NCBI GenBank assembly: GCA_943788915.1
Contig: CALSSD010000008.1
Span: forward strand, 124,001 to 188,000
DNA length: 64,000 nt
Source of the DNA: an uncultured Acidimicrobiales bacterium
GTDB lineage: Bacteria; Actinomycetota; Acidimicrobiia; Acidimicrobiales; UBA10347
Direction of reading: 5' to 3'
The translations under genes and the position numbers were made by a program. The notes under the pieces are model-generated. The model had not been told where the DNA came from, did not search any database, and saw nothing but the letters and a program-made list of their open reading frames with translations. Positions 41,222-51,228 of the stretch are shown one piece after another; the first letter of the stretch is position 1; every line of letters starts with the position of its first letter.

Positions 41222-42166
41222 TTATTCAGGGGGAAGGATGACACCTTTTTGGTTGGTGATCCGCTGGTAGACCTCGGGGCGACGGTAGGTGTCGAAGTTG
41301 AAGAGTGTCTGCTTGTAATGGTCGCACCAGTCGAGATTGCAGTTGGCCACGATGACTTCGTCGCCGGTGGTCACGGCCTGGGCCACGATCTGACCGGACG
41401 GCGCGATGATCGCTGACTGAGCGAGTGACTCGACACCTTCTTCGGTGCCACCCTTGGCCACGCCAACGACCCAGGTGCCGTTCTGATAGGCACCGGCCTG
41501 CATACACAAGTGATTGTGGAAACCCTGCAACGCGTTCTGCCCAGGATCGGGGGCGTAATGAATCGGGGTGTTGTAACCGATCAAGATCATCTCGACGCCT
41601 TGCAGCCCCATCTCCCGATACGTCTCGGGCCACCGCCGGTCGTTGCACGTGGCCATACCGAAGATGCCACCGAACGCTCGCCACACCGGGAAACCTTCGT
41701 CGCTCTCTTGGAAGTACCGGCGTTCGAGATGCTGAAACGGGCGCCATGGCTCGTCGCCCTCGTGGCCGGGGATGTGGACCTTGCGGAAACGGCCCACGAT
41801 CGAACCGTCGCGTTCGACCAGGATGGTGGTGTTGAACCGTTCTCCCTCGGGCGTGAGTTCTGCGTAGCCAAGTGCGAAACCGACACCGAGCTCCTTGGCC
41901 TCGTCGAACAGCGGTTGTGTCTCGGGACCTGGCATCGAGGTCTCGTAGTAATGGTCGTGCCCAGCGATGTCTTCGGTGAACCAACGAGGGAAGAAGGTGG
42001 TGAGCGCAAGCTCGGGGAACACCACCAGCTCGGCACCTGCGGCTGCAGCGTCACGAAGCATGGCCCGCAATCGCTCGACAACAGCGGGGCGCGATTCGTC
42101 CTTGGCGATGGGGCCGAGTTGGGCGGCGGCAACCGTGACCGATCGTGGCGACTGTTCAGAAGACAT
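41222..42166 (-). CDS. N-carbamoyl-D-amino-acid amidohydrolase (nitrilase superfamily)
   Basis: FPELALTTFFPRW, RKVHIPGH, FQHLERRYF, CNDRRWPE, GYNTP. Confidence 0.92.
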   Translation of the reverse strand: MSSEQSPRSVTVAAAQLGPIAKDESRPAVVERLRAMLRDAAAAGAELVVFPELALTTFFPRWFTEDIAGHDHYYETSMPGPETQPLFDEAKELGVGFALGYAELTPEGERFNTTILVERDGSIVGRFRKVHIPGHEGDEPWRPFQHLERRYFQESDEGFPVWRAFGGIFGMATCNDRRWPETYREMGLQGVEMILIGYNTPIHYAPDPGQNALQGFHNHLCMQAGAYQNGTWVVGVAKGGTEEGVESLAQSAIIAPSGQIVAQAVTTGDEVIVANCNLDWCDHYKQTLFNFDTYRRPEVYQRITNQKGVILPPE

Positions 42167-42206
42167 GTACGAAATGTAAAGCATCCAGATGCGCGACACT
42201 TACGCC

Positions 42207-42545
42207 ATGGCAAAGAAGACCAAACCTGCCGCCGGACCCGACGACAGACTTTTCTGGGAAATCGCCGAACCATTGCTTGCGAGCGGCGCCGAAAAATCCA
42301 CGATGATGGGTCATCCGTGCCTGCGCATAAACGGCGACTTCTTCGCCAGCATGGAACGCAACACCGGCGACCTCACGGTGAAGCTTCCGGCCAGGACCGT
42401 GAACGAGATGATCGAAGCCGGCACCGCCGAACCGTTCGCACCTGCTGGGCGACGGTTCAAAGAGTGGGCACTGATCACCAGCCGCGACGAAGACCAGTGG
42501 GAAGCCTTACTGCACGATGCGCTCGCGTTCGTGCGAGGAAGCTGA
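42207..42545 (+). CDS. Small TfoX/MmcQ-like protein
   Basis: MMGHPCLRINGDFFA and GRRFKEWA motifs. Confidence 0.7.
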   Translation: MAKKTKPAAGPDDRLFWEIAEPLLASGAEKSTMMGHPCLRINGDFFASMERNTGDLTVKLPARTVNEMIEAGTAEPFAPAGRRFKEWALITSRDEDQWEALLHDALAFVRGS

Positions 42546-42719
42546 TAAATCACGACGACTTCGTCGAGAAGCTCTGCACCACCGATAAGGCGGCGTGTTC
42601 CTGCGGTGACAGGTCCAAACCTTCGATCTTGTTCACGAGCGTCTACACGCCGGTGTCAGTGAAGCCGATATGCCGAGACGGCGACTCGATAAAATCACTA
42701 CACGTGGCTTCGTCGGCAG

Positions 42720-43934
42720 TCAGACGCCTTCGACGATGAAGCAGGCAGTGGTGGCAGTACTGCCACCGATGTTGAGCGTGGCGACCCGGTTGGCATCGCT
42801 GACCTGATAGTCGCCGGCCTGACTCGCAACCTGTTTGGTCGCATCAAGCAACATGCGGGCGCCAGTCGCTCCCACAGGATGACCGCCGCCGATGAGTCCG
42901 CCGCTGGGGTTCACCGGGATACGGCCGTCGCGCTCGAGTGAGCCATCTTCGATTGCCTTCCAGCTTTCACCGGGTGCGGTGATGCCGAAGTGGTCGATCG
43001 CCATGTACTCCGATGGCGTCATGCAGTCGTGCGTCTCGATCGCATCAAGTTGATCAACACCACCGATCGAGGCTCGGCCAAACGCGTCGGTGATCGCCTG
43101 GTTCACATGTGGCATGACCAATGCAGAATCGCTGTTGCGGTCGAGCTTCTGCTGAAGGCCAAGCCCAACGGTGCTGTGTCCCCATCCGGCGATGCGAGCC
43201 CGTGGCGTGCGTCCCCTGGCGGCGAGCCAGCGATCAGAAACCAGGATGAGCGCAGCGGCGCCGTCGGTGATCTGGGTGATGTCGTTGCGACGCAGACGAC
43301 CGGTGACGACGGGGTTCACGTGGTCGTCGGTGCTGCAGGTGTCAGCGCTCAGCTGCCAGGCCCGAGTCTGGGCATTGGGGTTCCCCTTGGCATTACGCAG
43401 GTTGAGTTCACCGATCGCACGCAGGTGCATGTCGTCGAGGCCATACCTACGGTCGTATTCGTCGGCGAGAGCGTCGAAGGTTTCGGGCCAGATGTAGGTA
43501 GCACCTTCGGTATCTTGGCCAACCCATGCCGCAGCTTCTTGCACGGCGGCGGCTTCGGGCCCAGGCATGGTCTTTTCTTGCTCGACACCAAGCACGAGCA
43601 CGCAGTCATACCGGCCGCTCTCGATCTCGGCCATCGCACTGAGCACCGCCATCGACGACGACGCGCATGCGGCTTCGTGGCGCATGGCGGGCACGCCCCA
43701 CAGTTCGGGGATCACCGTTGCCGGCATTGCTCCCAGGTGGCCCTGGCCGGTGTAGAGCTGGCCGAAGGCGTTGCCGACATGGATGGTGTCGATGTCGCCC
43801 AGATCAACCTGCGCGTCGGCAGCGGTCGCCAACACGGTGTCGCGAACCAACGACTCGACCGAACCACCCGACTTGGCCAGGTTGTCGGCAAAGTCACTCT
43901 GGTGTCCGCCCAAGATGCTCACTGATTCGCTCAT
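42720..43934 (-). CDS. Thiolase (SCP2-type acetyl-CoA acetyltransferase)
   Basis: HEAACASS, ETHDC, NPSGGLIGGGHPVGATG, NIGGS. Confidence 0.92.
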   Translation of the reverse strand: MSESVSILGGHQSDFADNLAKSGGSVESLVRDTVLATAADAQVDLGDIDTIHVGNAFGQLYTGQGHLGAMPATVIPELWGVPAMRHEAACASSSMAVLSAMAEIESGRYDCVLVLGVEQEKTMPGPEAAAVQEAAAWVGQDTEGATYIWPETFDALADEYDRRYGLDDMHLRAIGELNLRNAKGNPNAQTRAWQLSADTCSTDDHVNPVVTGRLRRNDITQITDGAAALILVSDRWLAARGRTPRARIAGWGHSTVGLGLQQKLDRNSDSALVMPHVNQAITDAFGRASIGGVDQLDAIETHDCMTPSEYMAIDHFGITAPGESWKAIEDGSLERDGRIPVNPSGGLIGGGHPVGATGARMLLDATKQVASQAGDYQVSDANRVATLNIGGSTATTACFIVEGV

Positions 43935-44062
43935 GGTCTTGCTCCCCTTCGTCTCCCGTAAACGTAGCCAAGAAACGAAGTCCCGGCCCAACACCGCGCT
44001 TCTTCCAACAGCAGCCACCCATGAACACATCACCACAGCGGGTCAAATTACACAGCTGTCAT

Positions 44063-44095
44063 TTATCCACAGGCAGTGGACAAAGGTGTGGATTG
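44063..44095. promoter_or_regulatory. DnaA box plus two degenerate boxes
   Basis: Perfect TTATCCACA at 44063-44071; AGTGGACAA 44075; TGTGGATTG 44087. Confidence 0.45.
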
Positions 44096-44185
44096 CCGCC
44101 CTGACGCAAATAAGGAGCGTGATGTACATATTTCGTATATCAGGCTCCTAATTTGCCTAGGGGCGGGTGCGATATAGGGTTGAGG

Positions 44186-45334
44186 ATGCTTGGTGCTGAT
44201 CTTAAACGGCTGCATTCGCTCTCTGGAGTGAAGTGGACGGACGACCCCGATCGCGATGTCATCCCCTCGTGGGTTGCCGATATGGACTTCGAAGTCGCTC
44301 CGGTGATCAAGACCGCGATGCAGGCGGTGATCGATCGAGGCGACACCGGCTACAACTTCCATGCCAGGAAGCAACTCGTTGGCGCGTGGGGCGACTGGCA
44401 AGAACGACACTTCGGCTGGCGGCCGCCCGAAGAAGAGTCGATGGTCTTCACCGCGACCTTGAACTGCCTAAACCTGGTCATGGAATTCATGACCGAACCC
44501 GGCGATGGGGTTGTGGTCTTCACCCCTATCTACTACCCGTTTCGTGCGATCATCAATGACACCGGCCGACGGCTGGTCGATGTGCCACTCACCGGCCCTG
44601 ACTGGCGATTCGACCCTGAACGTTTCGAAGCTGCCATCGATCCCGGCACCAAGATGGTGTTGTGGTGCAACCCCCACAATCCGCTGGGTCGCATGTTCGA
44701 CGCCGACGAGATCGCTGCCTTCGCCGACGTCTGCGAGCGCCATGACCTGCTGGTCATCAGCGACGAGATCTGGTGCGACATCACCTTCCAAGACGGCCAT
44801 GTACCCCTGTGGCGCAATCACGAATCGCTCCGCAACCGCATGGTGACCTTGGGTTCGGCCAGCAAGACGTTCAACGTTGCTGGCCTGCGAACCGCCGTGG
44901 CCCACATCGGCGATCCACGAGTACGAGCCCGGTTCGAGAAACTTGGCACACACTTCATTGCCGGCCCAAACACACTCGGTGCCGAAGCAAGCCTTGCCGC
45001 GTGGACCCAGGGACAGCCGTGGCTCGACAAGATCAAGTCACAACTACACATCAACCGTGACCATCTCGCAGCGCGGGTCGCGGCCGATCTTCCGGGTGCA
45101 ACCATGACACTGCCCGAAGCGACCTATCTGGCGTGGATCGACTTCTCTGGCTCCGGACTCGAAGGCAACCCTTCCGAAATCTTCCGCGAACGGGGCAAGA
45201 TCACCGTGCACGATGGCGCCAAGTTCTGCGCAAGTGCCGCGTCCTGTGTCCGCGTCAACTTCGCAACCAGTCCCGAAATCCTCGACCTTGTAATCGACCG
45301 CATGGCCAACGTCCTCCAGGAGGCAACCTCATGA
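44186..45334 (+). CDS. MalY/PatB PLP-dependent C-S beta-lyase
   Basis: WVADMDF, WCNPHNP, ISDEIW, SASKTFNVAGL, EATYLAWID, RVNFAT. Confidence 0.9.
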   Translation: MLGADLKRLHSLSGVKWTDDPDRDVIPSWVADMDFEVAPVIKTAMQAVIDRGDTGYNFHARKQLVGAWGDWQERHFGWRPPEEESMVFTATLNCLNLVMEFMTEPGDGVVVFTPIYYPFRAIINDTGRRLVDVPLTGPDWRFDPERFEAAIDPGTKMVLWCNPHNPLGRMFDADEIAAFADVCERHDLLVISDEIWCDITFQDGHVPLWRNHESLRNRMVTLGSASKTFNVAGLRTAVAHIGDPRVRARFEKLGTHFIAGPNTLGAEASLAAWTQGQPWLDKIKSQLHINRDHLAARVAADLPGATMTLPEATYLAWIDFSGSGLEGNPSEIFRERGKITVHDGAKFCASAASCVRVNFATSPEILDLVIDRMANVLQEATS

Positions 45335-46125
45335 CCGAACAGACCGTCAGCATCCGTCCGACCGACGGCGCAATCGATTGGCCGGAGACGCTCGATCGCT
45401 TGAACAAGGTGCTGCGTATTCGCACCACTCCCATTGGCATGAAGATGTTTGCCACCGAAGAAGAGATGGCCGCGATCCCCAAAATCCGGCGTCCAAACGA
45501 TGTCCACACCGCAGACCAGATCGTGTCCATGGCCTCCCGCCTGAACTGGACGGTCGGCATCACCGGCAGCGACCTCGTCGGAACCCAGTGCCAAGCCGTG
45601 CTAGGCCTGGGCGGCCAGGACGAAGCGTGGTACTCCGGAAAACACATGGCCGGCGTGTGGTTCGACACCGAAGAGAACGCCTCGATCCACCAGAACGCCA
45701 TGCATGTCGTGCCGGTTGGCCAGTACCAGGCCATGGCGGTGTCGCCGCTGTCGACCGGGCGCCTCACTCCCCCCGACATCTGCATGATCTACGCAACCCC
45801 CGGCCAGATGATCATCTTGATCAACGGGCTGCAGTGGTCGGGTTACAAGAACTTCGAGTGGGGATGCGTAGGCGAATCCGCATGCGCCGACAGTTGGGGC
45901 CGGGCGCTCTCGACCGGTGAACCAAGCCTGTCGATCCCGTGTTACGCCGAACGTCGTTACGGCGGCGTACAGGACGACGAGATGCTCATGGCACTCAGCC
46001 CCGGTCACCTGCTGCAGTCGATCGAAGGTATGGAAGCCCTGTCACGCAACGGCTTCCGTTACCCCATTCCGCCGTATGGCATCCAGACCGACGCCCGCGC
46101 CGGCCTGGGCGTCAGCTACGGCTGA
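45331..46125 (+). CDS. DUF169-family protein
   Basis: ATGA overlap with the lyase; PDICMIYATPGQM, SACAD, SIPCYAERRYG. Confidence 0.8.
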   Translation: MTEQTVSIRPTDGAIDWPETLDRLNKVLRIRTTPIGMKMFATEEEMAAIPKIRRPNDVHTADQIVSMASRLNWTVGITGSDLVGTQCQAVLGLGGQDEAWYSGKHMAGVWFDTEENASIHQNAMHVVPVGQYQAMAVSPLSTGRLTPPDICMIYATPGQMIILINGLQWSGYKNFEWGCVGESACADSWGRALSTGEPSLSIPCYAERRYGGVQDDEMLMALSPGHLLQSIEGMEALSRNGFRYPIPPYGIQTDARAGLGVSYG

Positions 46126-46258
46126 CCACACCGTCTGAACAACGGGTCCACACGAGCACACACCAACACGCACACCCAGGGTCTGACCCTGAGTGTGCGC
46201 TGGGGTTTGGGGGGTGTTCCTGTGTTGCAGCAAGCAGCGCTGCTCAGCTCGATATAAC

Positions 46259-46837
46259 TCAGCTCGACAATGGTGTGGCGCCGAACACATCCAACAACTG
46301 ATCGTTGTTTAGATCGCCAAACTCAAGCGCTGTCACGGTGCAGGTTGCATCCAGATTTGCTTGAACCCCAACATCCTGCAACGGCAGGTACAGGGGTGCA
46401 TCGGTGTGTTCGATCTTTCCTTGGAAGCTACGGCTCACTCGCAAGTCGGTGAACTCGAACAGATCACCTGTCTTGTACAGACCGCTAATGGAGCCGTTCA
46501 CGTCGAGCCAAGTCAGGTCGACATGAATGCCCTGTCCAAGAGTCGCTGTCGCCTGATCCCACGACACGTCCCAAGGGCCCGTAGCGTTCACCGCAACCCA
46601 ACCAATGATGTCGTCTTGAGCCATTCGGGCCCGGGCCTGGTCTTCGTCCATTGACTGGCCAAGGGCCGTGTCGGCTGAGAACGGACCAAATTCAGACGAG
46701 CTCAGGGAACATTGTGGCGCTGCTGTCTGGGCAGCTGCGGACTGACTATCACTGCCGCCACATCCAACCAACGCCAGAAGTAATGGCACGACCACCACCA
46801 GCGCGAGCCGACGGAGCGAGATTGTCAGTGTCATCAT
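46259..46837 (-). CDS. Hypothetical lipoprotein
   Basis: Signal peptide with lipobox ALVGC; overlaps the upstream ORF. Confidence 0.7.
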   Translation of the reverse strand: MMTLTISLRRLALVVVVPLLLALVGCGGSDSQSAAAQTAAPQCSLSSSEFGPFSADTALGQSMDEDQARARMAQDDIIGWVAVNATGPWDVSWDQATATLGQGIHVDLTWLDVNGSISGLYKTGDLFEFTDLRVSRSFQGKIEHTDAPLYLPLQDVGVQANLDATCTVTALEFGDLNNDQLLDVFGATPLSS

Positions 46838-47022
46838 GCGATGGCGCACACCGAACCTGATGTTGAACGAAGGATCCGGGCAACGACATGGGGATCGGCA
46901 TCGAGTTCAGCGGCCACCATGAAGGGCACATCGTGCGGGCTAAATCCAAGCGCTCCTAGGCATGCAGCGATTCGCAGGACAGTCTCGACATCAGGTGGTG
47001 CGAGCTGTGTGGTCGCGGTCAC
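46834..47022 (-). CDS. 62-aa hypothetical protein
   Basis: Stop/start overlaps with both neighbours. Confidence 0.55.
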   Translation of the reverse strand: MTATTQLAPPDVETVLRIAACLGALGFSPHDVPFMVAAELDADPHVVARILRSTSGSVCAIA

Positions 47023-47333
47023 TAGAACTCCTTGTGATTCTTCTCGTACCAGGCTGATACCCGAGCACTGGCGGCCATTACACCGAAGCTTGGGCCGCCC
47101 CAGAATGCGCAGAATGCGCCAATTCCCCAGCCGACCGCGTTGCCATAGGCCATCGCTGCAGGGATACCGACACCAAAGAGAAAGATCACCGTCATAGCGA
47201 AGATCGTTGATCCGTAGATGGAGACATAGTTCGGGCGATCTGGCACCTCGGTCTTGGCTGCAGCGACGGCTGCATTGGAGACAGTGTGGCTTTTTCGGGC
47301 AGGTGCGGTGATGAAGGGGTTAATCGCTGTCAT
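47022..47333 (-). CDS. Two-TM hypothetical membrane protein
   Basis: Hydrophobic hairpin; AFCAFWGGPSFG. Confidence 0.7.
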   Translation of the reverse strand: MTAINPFITAPARKSHTVSNAAVAAAKTEVPDRPNYVSIYGSTIFAMTVIFLFGVGIPAAMAYGNAVGWGIGAFCAFWGGPSFGVMAASARVSAWYEKNHKEF

Positions 47334-47496
47334 GACTTCATGGTGCCCCCAGCAATTACCACCCAATAGGGCCCAAGGTCCCGATGGGCCTACAGCAGCA
47401 ATTGTTCGTGCAGAACGTCAACACTGGCACCTGCAACGCCGGCACCTTCGACTAACCGTTGTCCCGCCAACAGAGTGCAACGCCAAAGGCGGCGTG

Positions 47497-49260
47497 TTAG
47501 GTGAAGGGGTTGCCTGCCTGTTGGGCAAGCAGGCGTTGCACCAGGTCCACCGACTCGTCATCGGCCCGGGCCGCAGCCACCTGACCGTCGGCCAGCAAGA
47601 ACGCCTGACCTTGATCGGCACGGTCTTCGAAGAGTTGTGCATCGGTGTAGAGCCGGGGTTTGATCTGTGCCGGGTCACCGTTCTCGGGACAGAACACCAT
47701 GCAGTTGCCACACTCGTTGCAGAGCTCGCTAAACAGCATGTACTGCTGACGGTCTTCCATCCCAGCCAGGCTCTTCAAGCTGGTGAAGGCATCGTTCGGA
47801 CACACGGTGACGCAGAGGTTGCACGAGACACAACCAAACATTTGTAGGTCATTATCGACCGAGCGCGGCAGCTTCTTATTGCCATCGAGGTGGTAGTCGG
47901 CTACGCCTTCACCCAGGATCGACGCCACATGTTCAGCCGCAGTCGACGTAAAACCACCGGCTTTGGCCGCCTCCTGTCGACTCTGCTTCCAGTCGACAAG
48001 GTTGGTGTGGCCGCCACCAGTTACTTCGGCCGCAAGTGCCTTAAGCATCGGTGCTAGCCGGCCATATCCGTTTGGCTTGAGCAGGTCCGAGCAGATCGTG
48101 GCTGGTTGAACGCCCATGGCCAGTGTGTCGGCCAGGTTCTCCTTGTTCACACCCGCCGAGAAGCTGACCATGATGTCGCCGTCGTGGCCGGGGATGTCGA
48201 GTGTTCCTGGCATGGCGGTGGCGAGTCGGTCGAGCAGCGACGAGGCCAAAACGTGCAACGGCGCACCGGACAGGTACATCGTCTCGTCAGCCATGAAACC
48301 ACGGGTGTTGTCGACCACGAGGGTGTTCGTGAGCTTGATACCGAAGCGTCGACCACGGTCCTTTGCGTACTGATTGAGTTCGCCGATGAGTTCGATACCT
48401 CGTTCGAACTGGAGGTCTTCGTCGAACGCACTGGCTTTCACGGAGACATCGCTGTAGCCCAGCTGATCGTTCACGACATCAGCTACCTGGTCGTACCCAA
48501 GCAAGGTCGGATTCAGCTTGACGATGACATCGAGATCGTGCTCGTCGATCAGGTATTTGGTGATCGACTCGATCTCGTCTGGCGGGCAGCCATGGAACGT
48601 CGAAAGCGTCAACGTGTCAGAGATCTGTGAGTCGAACGCAAGGTCGCTCAGCGACGCAAACGCACCACCGGCAGCGGTGGCGATCTCGGGGCGTAGCGCC
48701 GCGATCTCGGCAGTTGCGTCACGCATGCCCTTCAAGAATACGCCGACCTCGGGCGACGAAATACCTGCCAAGTCATACCCAACCGACATGTCAAAAACGT
48801 GTGGGCCGGGATCTGGACCGATGTGGCCGGCGAGCGGTTCCCAGTTACGCAACAGCTCGATGAGCATGGCGGACTTCACATACTCCGTCAGGCTCTGCGG
48901 AATGCGAAGTTCCTGGCTCCACTCGATGTTGTAGCCGATGGTCTCCATGTCGATGCATGGACGAGCAATTTCGAGTTCGTCCAAGATCTGGACGGTCTTC
49001 AGCTCAAACAGACGAGAGCCACCAAGCCACGACAACACGATGTTCGCTGCGAGCTGGCTATGTGGCCCCGCTGCTGGCCCGATCGGTGTAGCGCAACGGC
49101 GACCCAAAAAGTCGAAACCTAAATCAAGTTCCGGATCACGCTTCCAAATACGGGCACTCGGCAGGTCAAATACCTTCTTGCGGGTTGACCATTCGTGGTC
49201 GATCCTGCCAAGCAACGTCGTGAGAGACATTGGAGTGAGCGGTGGGGTTGCTTCGGCCAT
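47497..49260 (-). CDS. Shortened YgfK-like oxidoreductase: DHOD-like domain plus 2[4Fe-4S]
   Basis: TPIGPAAGPHSQ, ELKTVQ, RPCID, LSTFHGCPP, KLNPTLLG, KLTNT, MYLSG; CVSCNLCVTVCP and CNECGNCMVFCP. Confidence 0.85.
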   Translation of the reverse strand: MAEATPPLTPMSLTTLLGRIDHEWSTRKKVFDLPSARIWKRDPELDLGFDFLGRRCATPIGPAAGPHSQLAANIVLSWLGGSRLFELKTVQILDELEIARPCIDMETIGYNIEWSQELRIPQSLTEYVKSAMLIELLRNWEPLAGHIGPDPGPHVFDMSVGYDLAGISSPEVGVFLKGMRDATAEIAALRPEIATAAGGAFASLSDLAFDSQISDTLTLSTFHGCPPDEIESITKYLIDEHDLDVIVKLNPTLLGYDQVADVVNDQLGYSDVSVKASAFDEDLQFERGIELIGELNQYAKDRGRRFGIKLTNTLVVDNTRGFMADETMYLSGAPLHVLASSLLDRLATAMPGTLDIPGHDGDIMVSFSAGVNKENLADTLAMGVQPATICSDLLKPNGYGRLAPMLKALAAEVTGGGHTNLVDWKQSRQEAAKAGGFTSTAAEHVASILGEGVADYHLDGNKKLPRSVDNDLQMFGCVSCNLCVTVCPNDAFTSLKSLAGMEDRQQYMLFSELCNECGNCMVFCPENGDPAQIKPRLYTDAQLFEDRADQGQAFLLADGQVAAARADDESVDLVQRLLAQQAGNPFT

Positions 49261-49401
49261 CGTCGGAAGTTACCAGCACACGACAGCCAGTTCCTGTTTG
49301 GCTCATCATCTGTCATGGCCACTCCCCCAAGTGCTCACAAATTCACTGCTCTTTGCAACGACACCTGCCTGCTGAAACCCCAAAGCCTCGACTGGCCGCT
49401 G

Positions 49402-50652
49402 TTAGGCCTGCGCTACTTGGAGCATGGCCTGCAACAGAACATTGGCACCGGCTTCGAGATCTTCGGGGGCGGTGTACTCGGCCGGGTTGTGGCTCAGGCC
49501 ATCGTGACTTGGTGTGAAGATCATGGCTGTGGGACACACCCGGGCCAGCATCTGTGCATCGTGGCCAGCGCCAGACGGCAGCGTCCTCACGGAGTAACCA
49601 AGGTCCGACGCGGTCCTGGCAACCAGCGAGACCAGCTCGCGGTCGAACTCGACCGGTTCGAAACGAGCCAAGGTGCGAGTCTCGTAGGTGCACTCTTCCG
49701 CCGCCGCTGTCTTGTTCAGGAAGTCATGGAACCTGCGTTCGGCGTGCTGTAACAACGCCTCGTCGGTGTTGCGCAGATCGACGGTGAAGCTCGCCGACGC
49801 GGGTACGACGTTGACCAGGTTGGGTGAGAACTCGACTCGACCCACCGTGCCGACTTGGGTCCCGCCAAGCTCTTCGCACAGGTGACGGACAAATGTGGCG
49901 CACGCGGCGGCAACGAAGCCCGGATCCTTGCGCATCGTCATAGGTGTCGTGCCCGCATGGTTCGACTGGCCGACAACACTGACGTCGGTCCAGCTGATGC
50001 CCTGCACGCTGTTGACAGCGCCAATGGTGACCGCTTCGTTCTCGAGCACTGGACCCTGTTCAACGTGGAGTTCAAAAAAGGTGTGCGGAACCAACCCTGG
50101 AAGTGGTGCGCTGCCGTCGTACCCGATGCGGGCGAGTTCATCGCCAACCGTTGTCTCATCGATCCCGACGATCGCCAACGCTTCTTCGACAGGAATACCG
50201 CCGACATAGGCCAGGCTGCCGAGCATGTCCGGTGAGAACCGAGCACCCTCTTCGTTGGTGAAGAACGCCACTGCGAGAGCACGTTTGGGGGTGACACCTG
50301 CGGCGCGTAACGTCTCGATGATCTCGAGTCCGGCGAGGACACCCAAGTTGCCGTCGTAACGTCCTCCGGTACGCACCGTGTCGATGTGGGATCCGCACAT
50401 AACAGGCGGGCCATCAACCTGACCAGCCATAATTCCGACCGCATTCCCGAGCACATCGATCGTGACTTCGAGGCCTAGATCGCGCATCCATGTGATCACC
50501 AGGTCACGACCCATCCGATCTTCGTCGGTGAGCGCAAGCCGGGCGCAGCCCTCGGTGCCAGCGATACCACCTATCTCTGCCAACTCGGCAAGTCGCGCCT
50601 GTAGCCGGTCGATATCTATCCGAAGATTGGAACTCACTTCGGGATCATACAA
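49402..50652 (-). CDS. Zn-dependent M20 hydrolase (N-carbamoyl-L-amino-acid / allantoate amidohydrolase family)
   Basis: GSHIDTV, GRYDGNLGV, NEEG, ELHVEQGP, NHAGTTPM, SGAGHDA, SHNPAE; start uncertain. Confidence 0.93.
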   Translation of the reverse strand: MYDPEVSSNLRIDIDRLQARLAELAEIGGIAGTEGCARLALTDEDRMGRDLVITWMRDLGLEVTIDVLGNAVGIMAGQVDGPPVMCGSHIDTVRTGGRYDGNLGVLAGLEIIETLRAAGVTPKRALAVAFFTNEEGARFSPDMLGSLAYVGGIPVEEALAIVGIDETTVGDELARIGYDGSAPLPGLVPHTFFELHVEQGPVLENEAVTIGAVNSVQGISWTDVSVVGQSNHAGTTPMTMRKDPGFVAAACATFVRHLCEELGGTQVGTVGRVEFSPNLVNVVPASASFTVDLRNTDEALLQHAERRFHDFLNKTAAAEECTYETRTLARFEPVEFDRELVSLVARTASDLGYSVRTLPSGAGHDAQMLARVCPTAMIFTPSHDGLSHNPAEYTAPEDLEAGANVLLQAMLQVAQA

Positions 50653-50689
50653 AACGGTTTGCAGTCCGACCGTGTCCTACCCTTTTGGC

Positions 50690-51157
50690 GTGAACCAATC
50701 TGCGCGCGTCGAGTTCATTGTCGAACCCTTTGTTATCGACGATCCCGGGCCTCATGTGGTTGCGACCGTGCAGGTCGCGGATCAGGCAGGACTTCATCCC
50801 GACATGGGGCCGTTCGCTACCAGCGCTACTGGCGAACTCGACCGCGTGATCGATGCGATCGGCGACATGGTCCGAGCCGGCTTTGCTCACGGCGCAACAT
50901 CGGTCCAGTTCCGAATCGACACCGGCAACGAGGAACCCAAACAGGGGTTGCACGATGCGCTCGACCGAATGATCGTGGATGTCGAACGCGAGATCGGGCT
51001 TCCGATCGGCGAGATGGCACGCGTGGACAAACAACGTGCCGTCGCCCGCCTCGACACCCACGGCGCATTCCTACTTCGAGGCAGCGTCGACCAGGTCGCA
51101 ACCATGATGAACGTCAGCAAGGTCACCTTGTACGCCTACATCAATGCCGTCGGGTAA
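50690..51157 (+). CDS. Regulator: thiamine-binding-like domain fused to a YheO-type C-terminal HTH
   Basis: VEFIVEPF...GPFATSATG; KQRAVARLDTHGAFLLRGSVDQVA...VSKVTLYAYI. Confidence 0.75.
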   Translation: MNQSARVEFIVEPFVIDDPGPHVVATVQVADQAGLHPDMGPFATSATGELDRVIDAIGDMVRAGFAHGATSVQFRIDTGNEEPKQGLHDALDRMIVDVEREIGLPIGEMARVDKQRAVARLDTHGAFLLRGSVDQVATMMNVSKVTLYAYINAVG

Positions 51158-51228
51158 TCGGGTAGTCGGGTAGTCCGGCTTTCGCCTCGTCTCTCGCCGA
51201 ACCGCTGGAGTCCGGGTAGTTTCACTGG

